Part shown: positions 1 to 11,305 of the stretch, piece after piece
Layout of the letters: each line of letters opens with the position of its first letter
Numbering within the stretch: position 1 is the stretch's first letter
NCBI GenBank assembly: GCA_008632985.1
Contig: QPGO01000063.1
Coordinates: 1-64,000 of the forward strand
Reading direction: 5' to 3'
From: Psammoneis japonica
Lineage: Eukaryota
DNA length: 64,000 nucleotides
The notes under the pieces: generated by a model
The model's input: the letters and a program-made list of their open reading frames with translations, nothing else
Database searches by the model: none
Told to the model about the DNA's origin: nothing
Translations under genes and position numbers: made by a program

Positions 1-448
1 TCTTGCCATCGCCACAAATGAGGACAATGGCCGCAGTTCATTGGCCACACATCCTCAGTTCCAAGGGGTTCACTCTGGTGGTGAGTTTTATGACATGTCT
101 TGCTGGTGTCTCCAGCAGGAGCAACAAGCTTGCTGGGTGGATGGTGCATGATGCATGGGCCAGCGCCACTTGCAAAACTAAAATGGAGCATGTGGTGGTG
201 GTCCAGATCATCATCATCACACCATCAGCACACATTGGTTTGAGTCACTGCCTGCACAACACGCACCCCAAATGCACTTAGCCTGCATTTGTTGAGTGGC
301 TTCTTGACCCAACTGTGGTGTCTTTGCACTCTTGATTTTGGAAGCTGCAAGCCTTGTCTTGGGCAGCAGCAGCAGCCCCTTGCACATGATTCCTCCACAC
401 AAGAAGATGCCCAGCTGCACACAAGGTGAGAAGGCAGTGCCCACCAGC

Positions 449-670
449 CAACCTGCAAAAACAACAAGGGAACCATCTGTGTGATGATGCAAGCACTCCA
501 TTGTCTTGGGATGGCTTTTGGCGGCTCAACCTGCAAGAAAGACAAGGGAGCCATCTGTGTGACAGTGCAAGCACTCCGTTGTCTTGGGATGGCTTTTGGT
601 GGCTCAACCTGCAAGCAGGACAAGGGAGCCATCTCTGTGACAGTGCAAGCACTCAGTTGTCTGGGGATGG
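449..670 (+). repeat. 78-bp imperfect tandem repeat, about 3 copies
   Basis: Units start CAACCTGCAA at 449, 527 and 605 and share CAAGGGARCCATCT.TGTGA...TGCAAGCACTC..TTGTCT.GGGATGG. Confidence 0.9.
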
Positions 671-1099
671 GCACAAGAGACTCTGTTGGGTCCAGGAGGA
701 GGCAGCAACAACAGTGGACTTTTGCCGATGCACAGCCCCTTTTCTTTCTGATGTGATTGGCTTGCTTTGGTGACCCAGCCACCCCACTTGCAGAGGCAAG
801 GCAGGGAGCTTTCTGTGTGACAGCACAAGTGCCCGGATGTCTTTTGCTGGCCATGGGTGATTCCATTGTGTCCCAGGAGAGCCAACACCAACCTTGGTTG
901 GGGAGCAAAGGCTTGTCTTGTGTCAATGATGTGGCCCCTTTTCTTTTTGACATGACTGGGGGCGGGCTTCTTTGGCCCAGCCAACACACCTGTGCAGAGA
1001 CATGGAGTGAAGCAAAAACACATTCACTGCAGAAATGACAAAACACAGAGCTGGCACAATCACATTGCAAGCAACACACAGCCAATGTACGAGCATCTC

Positions 1100-2100
1100 A
1101 ATGAGACAAATGAATGTTGCAGTTGTCAGAAATGCACAATGTTGCAGAGCAGTTGCAATTGCACCCTTGTCAAGAAGTTTCATTGACCATCATTTCCCAC
1201 TTGGAAGGTGGCATTGATTGTGAACGTGAACTGAATCATTTCAAAATGATTGTGGTCACAATCTTGTCAAGATCAAACAAAGAATTAGAGTCATTTTCAT
1301 TTGAGTGTTAAACCCCACTTGGAGTGTTGAAATGAACCTTAAAATTGCTTCATGCACAATTGATGAGCACTTGTTAAGAACACAGGATTCTTGACAAGCA
1401 AGTGCAAGTTCTGAACAAGAGCCACAACATTTTCTAGATGATGGCTCGTGAAAATGGCATTTGCTGTGCAATTGGTCCTGAGTCCATTTGAGGCCTTGAT
1501 CAGGAGTGTGGCCCATGCGGGAACACCTCAAAGTTGTGTGATGCGGGATGGCATTTGGTGTTGGAAGTGCAGTGCTGACAGCACCATGACTGGCTGCATT
1601 GTGGCAGCTGGCGACCATTGGCAGAAGTGGCGCCAGCTTGTCAGTTCTTGGAAATTGTCCAGGATTGAGCAAAAGTTGGTGGCAAAACAGACTTGGTCAT
1701 CCAATGTTGTGTGAAATGGTGCAACTCACATGAGCAGCACCAGATGCATGTGGCACAAACCATTGGCCAGGTTGATCTTAATGAGGTGGATTCAACCACA
1801 AGCCAGGTTGGCTGAAAGGATACGTCACAGCAGCCAACCAAGTGTCCGGCCAAATTGCATTGACTCTGCAAGTGCATTGGGATGTGTTGATGTGTTCATC
1901 ATGCCGCAAAAAGTGCAGTCAACAATTGGGCATGGTCTGTGCCCATGTTGTGGTGGTGCTTTGATCAGGCAAAAATGCAGCCCTGGGATGTCCTTGTTGC
2001 ATGGCAAGGTGGCACCACCCAGAAACCTTTGTTCACCACATCTGCCATGTCTTTTGCAAGAACTCAATGTGTTTGCATGCAGACTTGTGTGCCCCCCCTT
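1100..2100 (-). mobile_element. Degenerate DIRS/Ngaro-like (tyrosine-recombinase) retrotransposon reverse transcriptase relic
   Basis: Minus-strand PQHGHRPCPIVDCTFCG...AESMQFGRTLGWLL and IHLIKINLANGLCH resemble the recalled DIRS-type RT segment PQ.dRRPR.IVDYTFSG...EAMQFGRAL.RLL...VYL.KIDL.DGFY after undoing TA->TG/CA and CG->CA changes. Boundaries are approximate. Confidence 0.6.
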
Positions 2101-3334
2101 GTGATGCTGCCTTCAAGCTCAGCAGCATTGGACCACGGATGATCAGCCGCTGTGGCTGGCATGCCTTGGTGTTTGCAGCCAGTCAGTGTGCGGTGTGCTG
2201 TGTGTTGGGGTGCATGCTGGTCAGTGGCCCCCAATTCCCAGTTTGCCCCTGCCACTGTGCAGTTGCAACAAGCAATTGGGGCCTCTTCAGCAAGCAGATT
2301 GGCATCACAAACAACTCAGTCACCCAGTTTGCAAGCATGTGCTGATGCGGTGATGTCCTGACCCCACATGAAGTGGCAATGCTGCCTCTCTTTGATTCCA
2401 CTTGCGGGGGTTGTGGATGCACAGGTCTGGTCTGTGCAGAGTTGAATTGCACTGCAGCAAAGCATCCCTCTAAAAAGAATGTGTTGATTCAACTCGAGAA
2501 CAACCCAATCTTGAATGCTTGTTGGCATGAGGTGCATGCATGATTTTCTCTCTGCACTCTGTTTTTGTTTTCTTTGTCAAACTGCCACAAACACCGGCCT
2601 TTGGTCATGGCATGACCGATGGTTTTTGTGTTTGGTGCTTTCCTCCACCGACTGACGACGATGACGAAACGTGTGATTGTTGGAATTCCATCGAATCGCA
2701 TGACGGTGATGGCCTTGGTGTTGGGGATGATTCAAATGAAAACTGAGGGCTGCAACAAACGACCATGACGTTGTTTGTAGGAATCGCCGCAGTGATCCAT
2801 TGAGCTCGTTTGTGGGATTCATAAGTACGTCAGGTCACTTGACGTGGCCTGTTGGCATTGTGTTTGTTATGGCTACCCTTGCCGGCATTGTCGAGTTGGT
2901 GGCGTGTGCGTCGTTTCATTTGAGCGTGGGTGGTCAGTTTGGTATGATTGGTTTCTTCACATTGCCATGCTAGTGGCGCTCCTGGTGGCACCGTCTCCTG
3001 AAAAGGAAAGCAACGAACCGAAACCGAAGGACGCGTAGCTTAGAATACATTCCACAGTCATAACTGCTTGCACAGCCTCACATCAATTTATAATTTGCTA
3101 TTCAGTGTTCTCCTCCCAAGACAATTCATTCTAGAGTTATGTGTCTGGCGTTTTGATAGCGATAAATGACACTATTGTTCTTTAAGAATATACACAACTT
3201 GGAATGGAAGCATCTTGCATTTGCTCATCGCCCGTGGCATGCCTACACTCAAACAGAGCAGGACTCGAAAGCCCAGACCAGAGAAATCTCAATGAGAACA
3301 AAAGAGAACCTGGCAAGCGATCCGGGCTCGCGCA

Positions 3335-3844
3335 TTAGTTGTCCTGCTGTTCGTTTCCATTGCCTTGCGCGTAGTGTGCTCGGTTTCGAGTCATTTTTGT
3401 ACGTGCTCCTCCTCTTAGACGCATAACGTTAACGATCTGATCTCCGTGCCCAATTCCGTACGAACGAACTAGGCGTTCTCCCACCAGGTGTCGTCCACCA
3501 AAAATCAGGCGCTGTTGATCAGCTGGAGCACGCAAGCCCAATGGTTCATTGACTGTCAGGTGCTCCACTGTTGCCTTCAGATCATCTACCGTGTCGTTGT
3601 ACTTGACAAATGCTTGACAGGTGCGATGTGTTAGCGTGCGGATCTCGACGTTAAAACCCAACTGCGAGAGCTGCGCGTTTGCATCTCTGTTTTCTCGTTC
3701 TAGCTCTCTGTTTTCTCGTTCTAGCTCTCTGTTTTCTTGTTTGAGCTCTCTGTTTTCTTGTTCTAGCTTCTTATTCTCCTCAAGGGCTTCCAATATGGCT
3801 TTGTCGCGTATGGCAGCGGCAACAAAGCGGCCAAGATCCGTCAT
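3335..3844 (-). CDS. Coiled-coil plus ubiquitin-like domain protein with a 23-aa extension after LRGG
   Basis: 169-aa ORF with ENRELER heptads (21-bp repeats at about 3685-3770) and a Ub fold (DTVDDLK...PADQQRLIFGGRHL...YGI...MRLRGG). Confidence 0.8.
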   Translation of the reverse strand: MTDLGRFVAAAIRDKAILEALEENKKLEQENRELKQENRELERENRELERENRDANAQLSQLGFNVEIRTLTHRTCQAFVKYNDTVDDLKATVEHLTVNEPLGLRAPADQQRLIFGGRHLVGERLVRSYGIGHGDQIVNVMRLRGGARTKMTRNRAHYAQGNGNEQQDN

Positions 3845-4276
3845 GATTTCAACTTAAACTCTTTGCGTTTTATCTTTTGCGTTGTACGCCCACGCACCAC
3901 GCACGGCGAGTGGCGAGCAAGGGGCAAGCGTTGACGTTCTGCACGCGCGGAAACCTGCGGAAACGCGCACTGCTGGTCAATTTTCGCGCACAAATCAAAT
4001 CTTGCCCGAAGAATGATCGGGCGGACACATACTGTCTCTAATTATATGGACAAGCTGACAATTTCAAATGAGCCGAAGGCGACGCCGGCGCGAAAGCGAT
4101 CTTTTCAAACTTTTCGCAAGGGTTGACATCACCGACACATTGAACATCATCAGGCACAACATCATCCCGTTCTTGACAACATAGGGCCCTATTATCATCA
4201 TCCATCATCCTTGCTCAAATAAGTTACTGTACAAGTACTCCCCAACATCGCTATACGGGCTTACATATTAAAAACC

Positions 4277-5290
4277 ATGAAGCTTGTTATTGATTTGTCA
4301 TTTGTGCTGCTAGTCGTCGCATCGGTGGCAACGAGTGCGACTGCTTTTCAGGCTCCAACAACACGTGTCGCTCATGTTGGAATCCGCGTTCCTGCGGTGA
4401 CAAACAGTTATTTCCATCCCGGTAGCTCTGTCGTTGGTTGCAAAAGCGCAACTACTACTCGTCTCCAAATGGCAGCTAAAAACGACGACAAGAAAAAGAA
4501 TCGTATCGCGTTTGGGCATCAACTCTGTTCGTTTCTCTTTTTTGCAGTCACGGTGGGTATTTTTTACAACAAGCTCAACAGTCCTGGCGGCTGGGGTTTG
4601 CCGGTTTTTGCCGCATCGGGCCCGTACCTTGCCGCGGGGGTCTCGTCCATTTTATCCGATGCCGCCTCGGCGGATCGGTTAGAGTCGGACACGTACAAAC
4701 GTTTGGCCTTGTTTCAAACCGAATTCAATCTCTGTGGCATTTCCACCCTCATTCTAGCTTTGGGTGGGACGACACTCCGGGAGCAGCTCTTTTATGGCTT
4801 GTCGCTTGCCTCGTTTTTATCACTTTCTCCCACTCTGGCGGGATACAAGAAGGGTAAACCCAAGTTGTTTAGCGATATTGGAGGTGTCATCAAGGGGTTC
4901 TTCACGTGCAAGAATTTAAATGCATTCGTCTACTTGGTGGGCACGTGGTTTGTCGCATCCCTCAAGGTATTCAAGCTCGTCGACATGATCAATCTAGCCA
5001 GAGCTGGCAATCCCGCCAAGACCCTGGTCACTCGCGCCATTCGTTTTGGACGCTTGGCGCTCTTGACGGGTGTCATGCTTGTACTCAAGGATGCGGCAGA
5101 TCGTGATCGGTTGCAGGGAACCACCTTTATCGACCTCAACTACTTGGCAGCCATTACGTTTGGTGCCATGGCCTATTACCTCAAGACTGTCAAGGGTGCC
5201 AATGATCCGCTGGTTTGGGTTACGGCTGGTTATTCTGTTTTTACAGTGCTAAATGGGCGTATTGCCTCGGTGGAAAAGTCAAAAAAGTAA
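4277..5290 (+). CDS. Plastid-targeted multi-pass membrane protein of unknown function
   Basis: 337-aa ORF with a signal peptide, ATA-FQAP (ASAFAP-type) cleavage motif and Ser/Thr-rich transit peptide. Internal repeat LSDAASADRLESDTY / LKDAADRDRLQGTTF. Confidence 0.8.
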   Translation: MKLVIDLSFVLLVVASVATSATAFQAPTTRVAHVGIRVPAVTNSYFHPGSSVVGCKSATTTRLQMAAKNDDKKKNRIAFGHQLCSFLFFAVTVGIFYNKLNSPGGWGLPVFAASGPYLAAGVSSILSDAASADRLESDTYKRLALFQTEFNLCGISTLILALGGTTLREQLFYGLSLASFLSLSPTLAGYKKGKPKLFSDIGGVIKGFFTCKNLNAFVYLVGTWFVASLKVFKLVDMINLARAGNPAKTLVTRAIRFGRLALLTGVMLVLKDAADRDRLQGTTFIDLNYLAAITFGAMAYYLKTVKGANDPLVWVTAGYSVFTVLNGRIASVEKSKK

Positions 5291-5774
5291 GACCGTGATT
5301 GTATCTGTATGTTGAAAAGAAGAGGAAGCAAATGTTGGCTTGATTGACTCGAGATCTACCAGACAGGTGCGCTAGCTATGAATATTAACGTGTAGTAGGA
5401 AGTCGCGAATATGCGTTCGTTACAAACTTTTCTCGCGAATCGAGTAGCAAGTTACAACCGTACGCCAAGAAGAAATTACGTTGGCTTGATCGGCTTACGA
5501 TCCACCTAACGGGTACATGAGCTATCAATGAGAGTGAGAAAGTAGAAGTCGCCGGTATATGATGTTAGTTGCAAACATTCGTCTTTCGTATATCTCTAGT
5601 AGTCATGTCTTCAACTAAATCCTGCATGCAGAATGCTGCCACAACGACATAACCTACTAGTAGCTTGCATTTCAGAAAGTAAAATGGCAATTACGGTATG
5701 TAAAATTCCATATGCAAGATACTAAAATTCTAATGGGTCCAACGGCAGTGGCTTTCGTCCAATAGGCTATCGTA

Positions 5775-7536
5775 CTAAGCCATTTCAGCCTTTTCAAACG
5801 CCGAATCATCGTCAAAGTCATCCGCCGAAACCACCTGAGAAAATTGACCTCTTGGTGACACTGTACTTACACCAGCGTGAGAGCGACGCCTCTTGATGAT
5901 GAAAACGACAACAAGTACAATGGAAACTCCCACGGCGGCTGCAACCGCGGCAAATATGGTACTGGAGCTGCTGTCGTTGCTCTCGTCTTCATGGGGTGCG
6001 CCCAAGGACACCTCTGCTTTGACCTTTTCAGAAGATACCTCGGCATCGTCCGAAGAAGAAGAAGAAGACTCTTCCTCCTCGGTGGATGACGAAGGCCATT
6101 CTTCCTTTTCTTCCTCTTCAGCCGTGGTAGTCCCACTATCGTGAGTTGTTCCTCCTCCGTTGCACACAAGGTTGAAATTGCTGTAGCGTTCAATGATATT
6201 CTTGTTAGACCCAGATTCTTGATAGACACGTTTGCAGGTATCCGGTAGTTCCGACGCAGTCAGCTTGGGTGGTGCCACAATCGACACGGGAGGTTCAGGC
6301 TCCAAGGCGCATTTCTCCATAACTTCTACACACGAAAAAGAAGTCTTGTCGGCAGCCGGGAGGCACTTGTCGAGAGCAATCAGTTCATCTTCACACATGT
6401 CATCCAGTGCATGGCAACCAATTCCAAGCAAGCACGTTGCCTTTTTCAAAAGCGACAAGGGAAGCTTCAAACCACCCTTGGGGATCATATCTTCAAAGCC
6501 CTCTGGCACTTCTACATCATCGGGAAGCGGGACCTTGTATACGCAGGTAGGGAGTGCGTCACCAAAGTCAGACACGCACTTGCAAATCTTGTCGGGATTG
6601 TGGTAAACGCTGCGTAGCAAGTCTCCCACCGGATTGTCACCCAATATGTCATCCAAGCAATCGCTATAATCTTCCAAATTGACCTCTGACGCACCCATGG
6701 TGAGGGCCATGCCCGAGACAGCGTCTTGGGCTTCCTCACAATGTTCTCCAATCTTGGCAAGCACGTCGTCGTCCAAGTCGTCCGAGTTAAACCCTGAAAA
6801 TAGAAAAAAGTAGCGAATGGCGTAAGAGCGAGTTTCTGAACAAAGTCGAAACCCAGGGACCAACCCTAGAACGCCCCATCGTATCTATGCATTTCACCAA
6901 CTCACCAACACACGTATTGAAGGTATCAATGGCTTCCTTCACGTCCGCTTCTTGCTGCGGAGTACAATCCTCTTCATCATCTTCTTTGAGTCCCAACAAA
7001 ATATCACCCGGTGATGTGAACGCACCCATCATGGATGCAAAGTCGCCGTCTTCTTGTCCGTCTTCGGGAATACCACCGCCGCCACCCATCATGGCACCCA
7101 TCATGACTTGCATCATCATTTCTTCTAAATCGACATTACACTGTTCCATTTTCTCCGAAATGGCCGAATCAAACAAGCCGCCCATCATGTCTCCACCCAT
7201 CATATCTCCACCCATCATGTTGAAATCATCGTCATCGCCTCCCAGAAAATCAAACACCTCCTCCAGATTACGGTCCTGTTGAACAATAGCGCTTGACACT
7301 TCTGTCAAGACAGACAAGACGCGATGGCTGTTGGTGGGATCCTGCAAAACATCATGTGAACAAGATAGCCGAAGCGTGAAACATGAGAGCGGAATACGCG
7401 AGGGCAATTATTGAAAAATCTCATACACTGAAAAATGGCGTTTTCTCGGGTGTTTCTAGATTTTCAAACCACTGACCTTTTGCGCCTCATGAATCCAACC
7501 AAGGCCATGAACGAGAGCTTGTGAAAGAAAACGCAT
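5775..7536 (-). CDS. Three-exon Cys-rich single-pass membrane protein of unknown function
   Basis: Exons 7536-7477, 7341-6906 and 6793-5775 join in frame across GT-AG introns. C-terminal TM helix followed by KRRR. Confidence 0.7.
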
Positions 7537-8005
7537 ATCGTGTAATATTAGAAGTGAAGGAGAGTGTATCGTTTCGTTCTGTGTATTACAAATTGCCAGT
7601 CACAGCACCCACACCCACAGCAACGCGATACGCGATGCGGGGATTCGCTCCCGCGAACATCGCGCGAAGTTCGGGTTTACCGTAGGTTCTGGTATCTTTC
7701 TACGTGATGAGGCGTCGGGCAGTTCAGTCGTGTTGTCCAATGTACGAGAAAGTGAAGTACAAACCTACGTACGAGTTTCTTGCTCAAAAACGCGCGAACT
7801 CTGCACCCAAGCACACATCATGCATGATGGGGAGGATCATGTATCATGTCGTGCCTAATGCACCTACAAAATGTCATGGAGAGACCAACCAGAGCGGGAT
7901 AGCAAGACCGAAAGCCATAGTAGTCTTTACGGAGATAGGATTTTTCTTCAATTGGTTATACTATAAGTGTTCTATCTATTTAGCGGCGATTGCACGTCTG
8001 CGTTA

Positions 8006-9295
8006 TTAGCGGGTGCGCCATTTTCCTTTGCGCTGCACAGCCGCTGCTCCACCCTCTTGCGTCACTTGCAACGCGATTCCTCTACAATACATGTCGTCGT
8101 CGATACCAGAAGGTTGCGTCCAGGCACAAAAGCTACACCCAACGCCAATGTCAACGCGCCACACTTTCCCGTTCAAAATAGAATTGACTCCATTGCTTTG
8201 GACCGTGTGTCCAACCACAAGACGATCCGCGCCAAGTTCTTCCAGGACGGCGTCAACCTTGCCTTGGACGTCGTCACCCAACGGGCCCATGGAATAGTCA
8301 CGCATCCACAGTGGTCCAGGCGAGTCCAAACAGTCCGGACATGTGTCAGGCCCGACTTTTGAAGGATCAAGAATCCACTCCTTTGCAGCTTCATTCATGG
8401 CTTGAATGCCTCCAAAATGCCGCACATGGTCGACCGTCAGACCAGCATGCACCAAAACCGTCTTTCCCACCTTGACAGATACCTTGAGCTTGCTCAAAAA
8501 CGGTTTCGCCAACAAACCACCAGGACAAAGCGTGCGGAATCGAACGGGGCAGCTTGTCACGTCGGATTTTTCCCGCCATGTATTGCCGCCGTGTTGACTA
8601 TCCAGCAAATCTCCAAAGGTCTCTTCAAACGCAGTCTTGTCCGATAAGCAGTCAACAAAGCCACGCTCGGCATTCCAGGCTTCATGATTTCCCCAAAGAA
8701 CTACAACACTACCCCCGTGTTGTTGAGCTTGACGTCCTAGCTTGGCTAAAAGGCGGATACAATCTTCCTCACGATCGCCACGATCAAGCAAGTCGCCCAC
8801 TTGTACCAAAACAGTATTGCCGCCAATCCAATCCGTGGGATACTGCTCTTTATCATTGTTGGCATCACCAGTTTCGAGTGGCGGCGAAATAATGCCGCTC
8901 TCGGTAAGGCACGTGAGAAGGACATCGCATCGTCCGTGAATGTCACCAATAACAACGAGGCGTTGCTGTGGTTGCAGCGGAATGTAGTCGGGGGTTTCCG
9001 GGAGGACAAACTCTTTCTGTATTTCCGCTAGCTTCTCATCATGGGACTTTCCAATGCTTTTGCTCGTATCATCCGACGACGTGGTATTGTTTGCCGTGAT
9101 GTCGTCAGCCAGAACAACTTTGTTTGCTTCGAGTTTTTTCATCGTTATGGGTTGGATAGAACCGGACTTATCGTTATCGGGTGTGATATCGTCAGCCAGA
9201 ACAACTTCCATCCTTTTGGCTACAGTAGAATCATCAAGAGTAGTAGAAGCCGTCATCCCCAAACTCTTTTCGTCGGGTGTTCCACCCATTCCCAT
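8006..9295 (-). CDS. Shewanella-like protein phosphatase (calcineurin-like metallophosphoesterase)
   Basis: Motifs GDIHG, QVGDLLDRG, WGNHE, VHAG, GPLWMR and VVGHT. Confidence 0.85.
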   Translation of the reverse strand: MGMGGTPDEKSLGMTASTTLDDSTVAKRMEVVLADDITPDNDKSGSIQPITMKKLEANKVVLADDITANNTTSSDDTSKSIGKSHDEKLAEIQKEFVLPETPDYIPLQPQQRLVVIGDIHGRCDVLLTCLTESGIISPPLETGDANNDKEQYPTDWIGGNTVLVQVGDLLDRGDREEDCIRLLAKLGRQAQQHGGSVVVLWGNHEAWNAERGFVDCLSDKTAFEETFGDLLDSQHGGNTWREKSDVTSCPVRFRTLCPGGLLAKPFLSKLKVSVKVGKTVLVHAGLTVDHVRHFGGIQAMNEAAKEWILDPSKVGPDTCPDCLDSPGPLWMRDYSMGPLGDDVQGKVDAVLEELGADRLVVGHTVQSNGVNSILNGKVWRVDIGVGCSFCAWTQPSGIDDDMYCRGIALQVTQEGGAAAVQRKGKWRTR

Positions 9296-9910
9296 CGTTT
9301 CGCTATTGATACAGTCTGTCGATATGAACGTACAATCAACGAAAGGGATAATCAGCGTGTTAGGTCTCCTCCAAAATTTGTAGATAGCGAGGTTTTTGAC
9401 AGTTTGTGACAGACAAAGACACGTTTGAGAAACGGGGTCGATCAGTCAAGCACGAGCAATGATGATTCTCGCTCTCGACCCACTCCCCGTCTATTCCCGA
9501 CTGAATCTCCATCGTTCGTTCCACAATGCTTTCGACTTACCTTGTTGGTCAATGTATTCAGCACGGCTGCTGTTTCAAAGTTTTGGTTGATCCTGGAATA
9601 AATCCGTTTCCAGTTTTTGATTTTGCCTGCGGGCTCTCCGCTCGGGACTTTCGCGCGATGGGAACCTACATCGTCGGGCTCCATAAGTGCACAGGGCGCG
9701 TACTACCTCTCTAGAGGGCCCTACGGTACAGGACTACCTTCAGATCTTACTTCATCTGGCCGTCTACCGGCATCGCCTGTTACAGACGCAACAAAACTAC
9801 AGTACGATAGCAACGACCCAGACCAGCAAGCGACGGCAATAACTTGACCGACACCATTCCGCTAGCTAGAGAGAAGGCATACAATTGCTATTGTTAAGTT
9901 TGGGTCGATC

Positions 9911-11305
9911 ATGGCTGCAAGTGCAACTGCTCCGAATGCGATTTTGACGGAGCGGCGAGTTGCCGAGTTCTTGGTTGCCATTGGTGTGGACGACTCCGAT
10001 GCAGATTCTGCGGCCGCAGCTCTGTTGGCTGCCGGCTACAAGACGGAACCGTATTTGCTCTCCGCAAGATCAGATCACCTGGAGAAGATAAATATTCCTT
10101 TTCCAGTTATCGATGTCATCCTCGCACACCAAGAAAAGGTGAAGAACAAACAGCAGGCAACGGAGAATCACAAAACACACGAACCGCCACCGCAATTCTC
10201 GGAAACAGCCAAGGCTGGCCTGGAGCTCATGGCGGAGGATTATTTGACAAGAAAGAGAACAATTGTACTTTCAGATGCTACATATTCAGCAAAGACTGAC
10301 CTGATGGATATGCTGAATTTGCCAGAGAAAGGGGCCTCTTGGTCAAATAAACCTGCTGTGTCCCAGCACGTCAATGGATTTTCGTGGCTGAAAGGAGACG
10401 AAGATACTGTTGAAAACCGCACAGCATATATGGCTTATCTAGACAGTATATTGCGAATACCAGCACATTATGCTTTGGCGGATGCACAACCAAACAGGAA
10501 GCTGTTGACCGTACAACTGCTCAGAGAAATGCCGGAGAGTCGAAAAATAAGTGGAACTACGGATGTTGCAATCGCAAAATCAGAACACGTTCGCAATGCA
10601 GCGATTCGGAACAACATTGAGACTCTGCTTGAATTGAAGACGCCCACAAACATGCGAAAAAAGGATCACACCCCACAGACTATTTGTGAACACTTTGCGG
10701 CGTCTTATTTGAATCCCGACCACGCTGTTGTTTCCGTGTTGACAGATTTAAACCAAAAATGGACTTTTTTTTGGTTTGCAACTGGGGAGGGTGATTCAAG
10801 GATGGCTCTCTACAAGCTTTGCCTTGATGGTAGAGAAGCCACAGCGGATGCAAAATACCTCCTGGACAGCCTTTATGACAATTCAGCTGGAGACACCCTC
10901 CCAACCACTTTTGCCAGTCGGCAGCCATTTCAAGCCGTTTTGAATAGCGTCGTCAGGAAAAAGAGAGTGCGAAGGGAATCTGATCGTGATGATAGCGACT
11001 CACCGGACCAGGATTCAAAGCCTTCGCCATCCGACGGGACGAACCGGCATCTAAAATATGGAACTGATGCGAGCTCCTCGTCAAGAAGCAGTGGTACAGC
11101 ACACCAAAACAATCAAGGTACCGCTGGTGGTATGGGTGGAAGCGCTCCAATGAGCATGGCGGGTGCGTTGAGTCTATTCGCACCTCCCATGGACCGAGAC
11201 GTTGCTAATGAACTGGATCTGCTAGATATGGTGGACGACAGTGAAAAACATGAAATCGTTCGCACGTTTGCTTCAAAACACATTGTCCCTTATATGACGC
11301 AGTAG
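9911..11305 (+). CDS. Intronless Crinkler-like protein with a putative PD-(D/E)xK nuclease-like core
   Basis: 464-aa ORF. ISGTTDVAI...LLELKT...VLTDLNQKWTFFW resembles CRN REase-type C-terminal domains; short helical (SAM-like) N-terminus. Family call is by eye. Confidence 0.5.
   Translation: MAASATAPNAILTERRVAEFLVAIGVDDSDADSAAAALLAAGYKTEPYLLSARSDHLEKINIPFPVIDVILAHQEKVKNKQQATENHKTHEPPPQFSETAKAGLELMAEDYLTRKRTIVLSDATYSAKTDLMDMLNLPEKGASWSNKPAVSQHVNGFSWLKGDEDTVENRTAYMAYLDSILRIPAHYALADAQPNRKLLTVQLLREMPESRKISGTTDVAIAKSEHVRNAAIRNNIETLLELKTPTNMRKKDHTPQTICEHFAASYLNPDHAVVSVLTDLNQKWTFFWFATGEGDSRMALYKLCLDGREATADAKYLLDSLYDNSAGDTLPTTFASRQPFQAVLNSVVRKKRVRRESDRDDSDSPDQDSKPSPSDGTNRHLKYGTDASSSSRSSGTAHQNNQGTAGGMGGSAPMSMAGALSLFAPPMDRDVANELDLLDMVDDSEKHEIVRTFASKHIVPYMTQ

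Larger units (their letters stand above)
1..2770. other. TpA- and CpG-depleted (TG/CA-rich) hypermutated repeat block 1
   Basis: Manual count gives about 12 TA dinucleotides in 2770 bp, against about 15 in the 240 bp at 3001-3240. Overlapping Cys/His-rich ORFs occur in all frames. Confidence 0.9.

Noticed and set aside
449..670. CRISPR-like array
   Set aside because: Whole 78-bp units are repeated with no unique spacers, there are no cas genes and the context is eukaryotic.
1..2770. Classical RIP or CpG deamination as the sole explanation
   Set aside because: RIP increases TA, and CpG decay cannot turn TAY into TGY/CAY.
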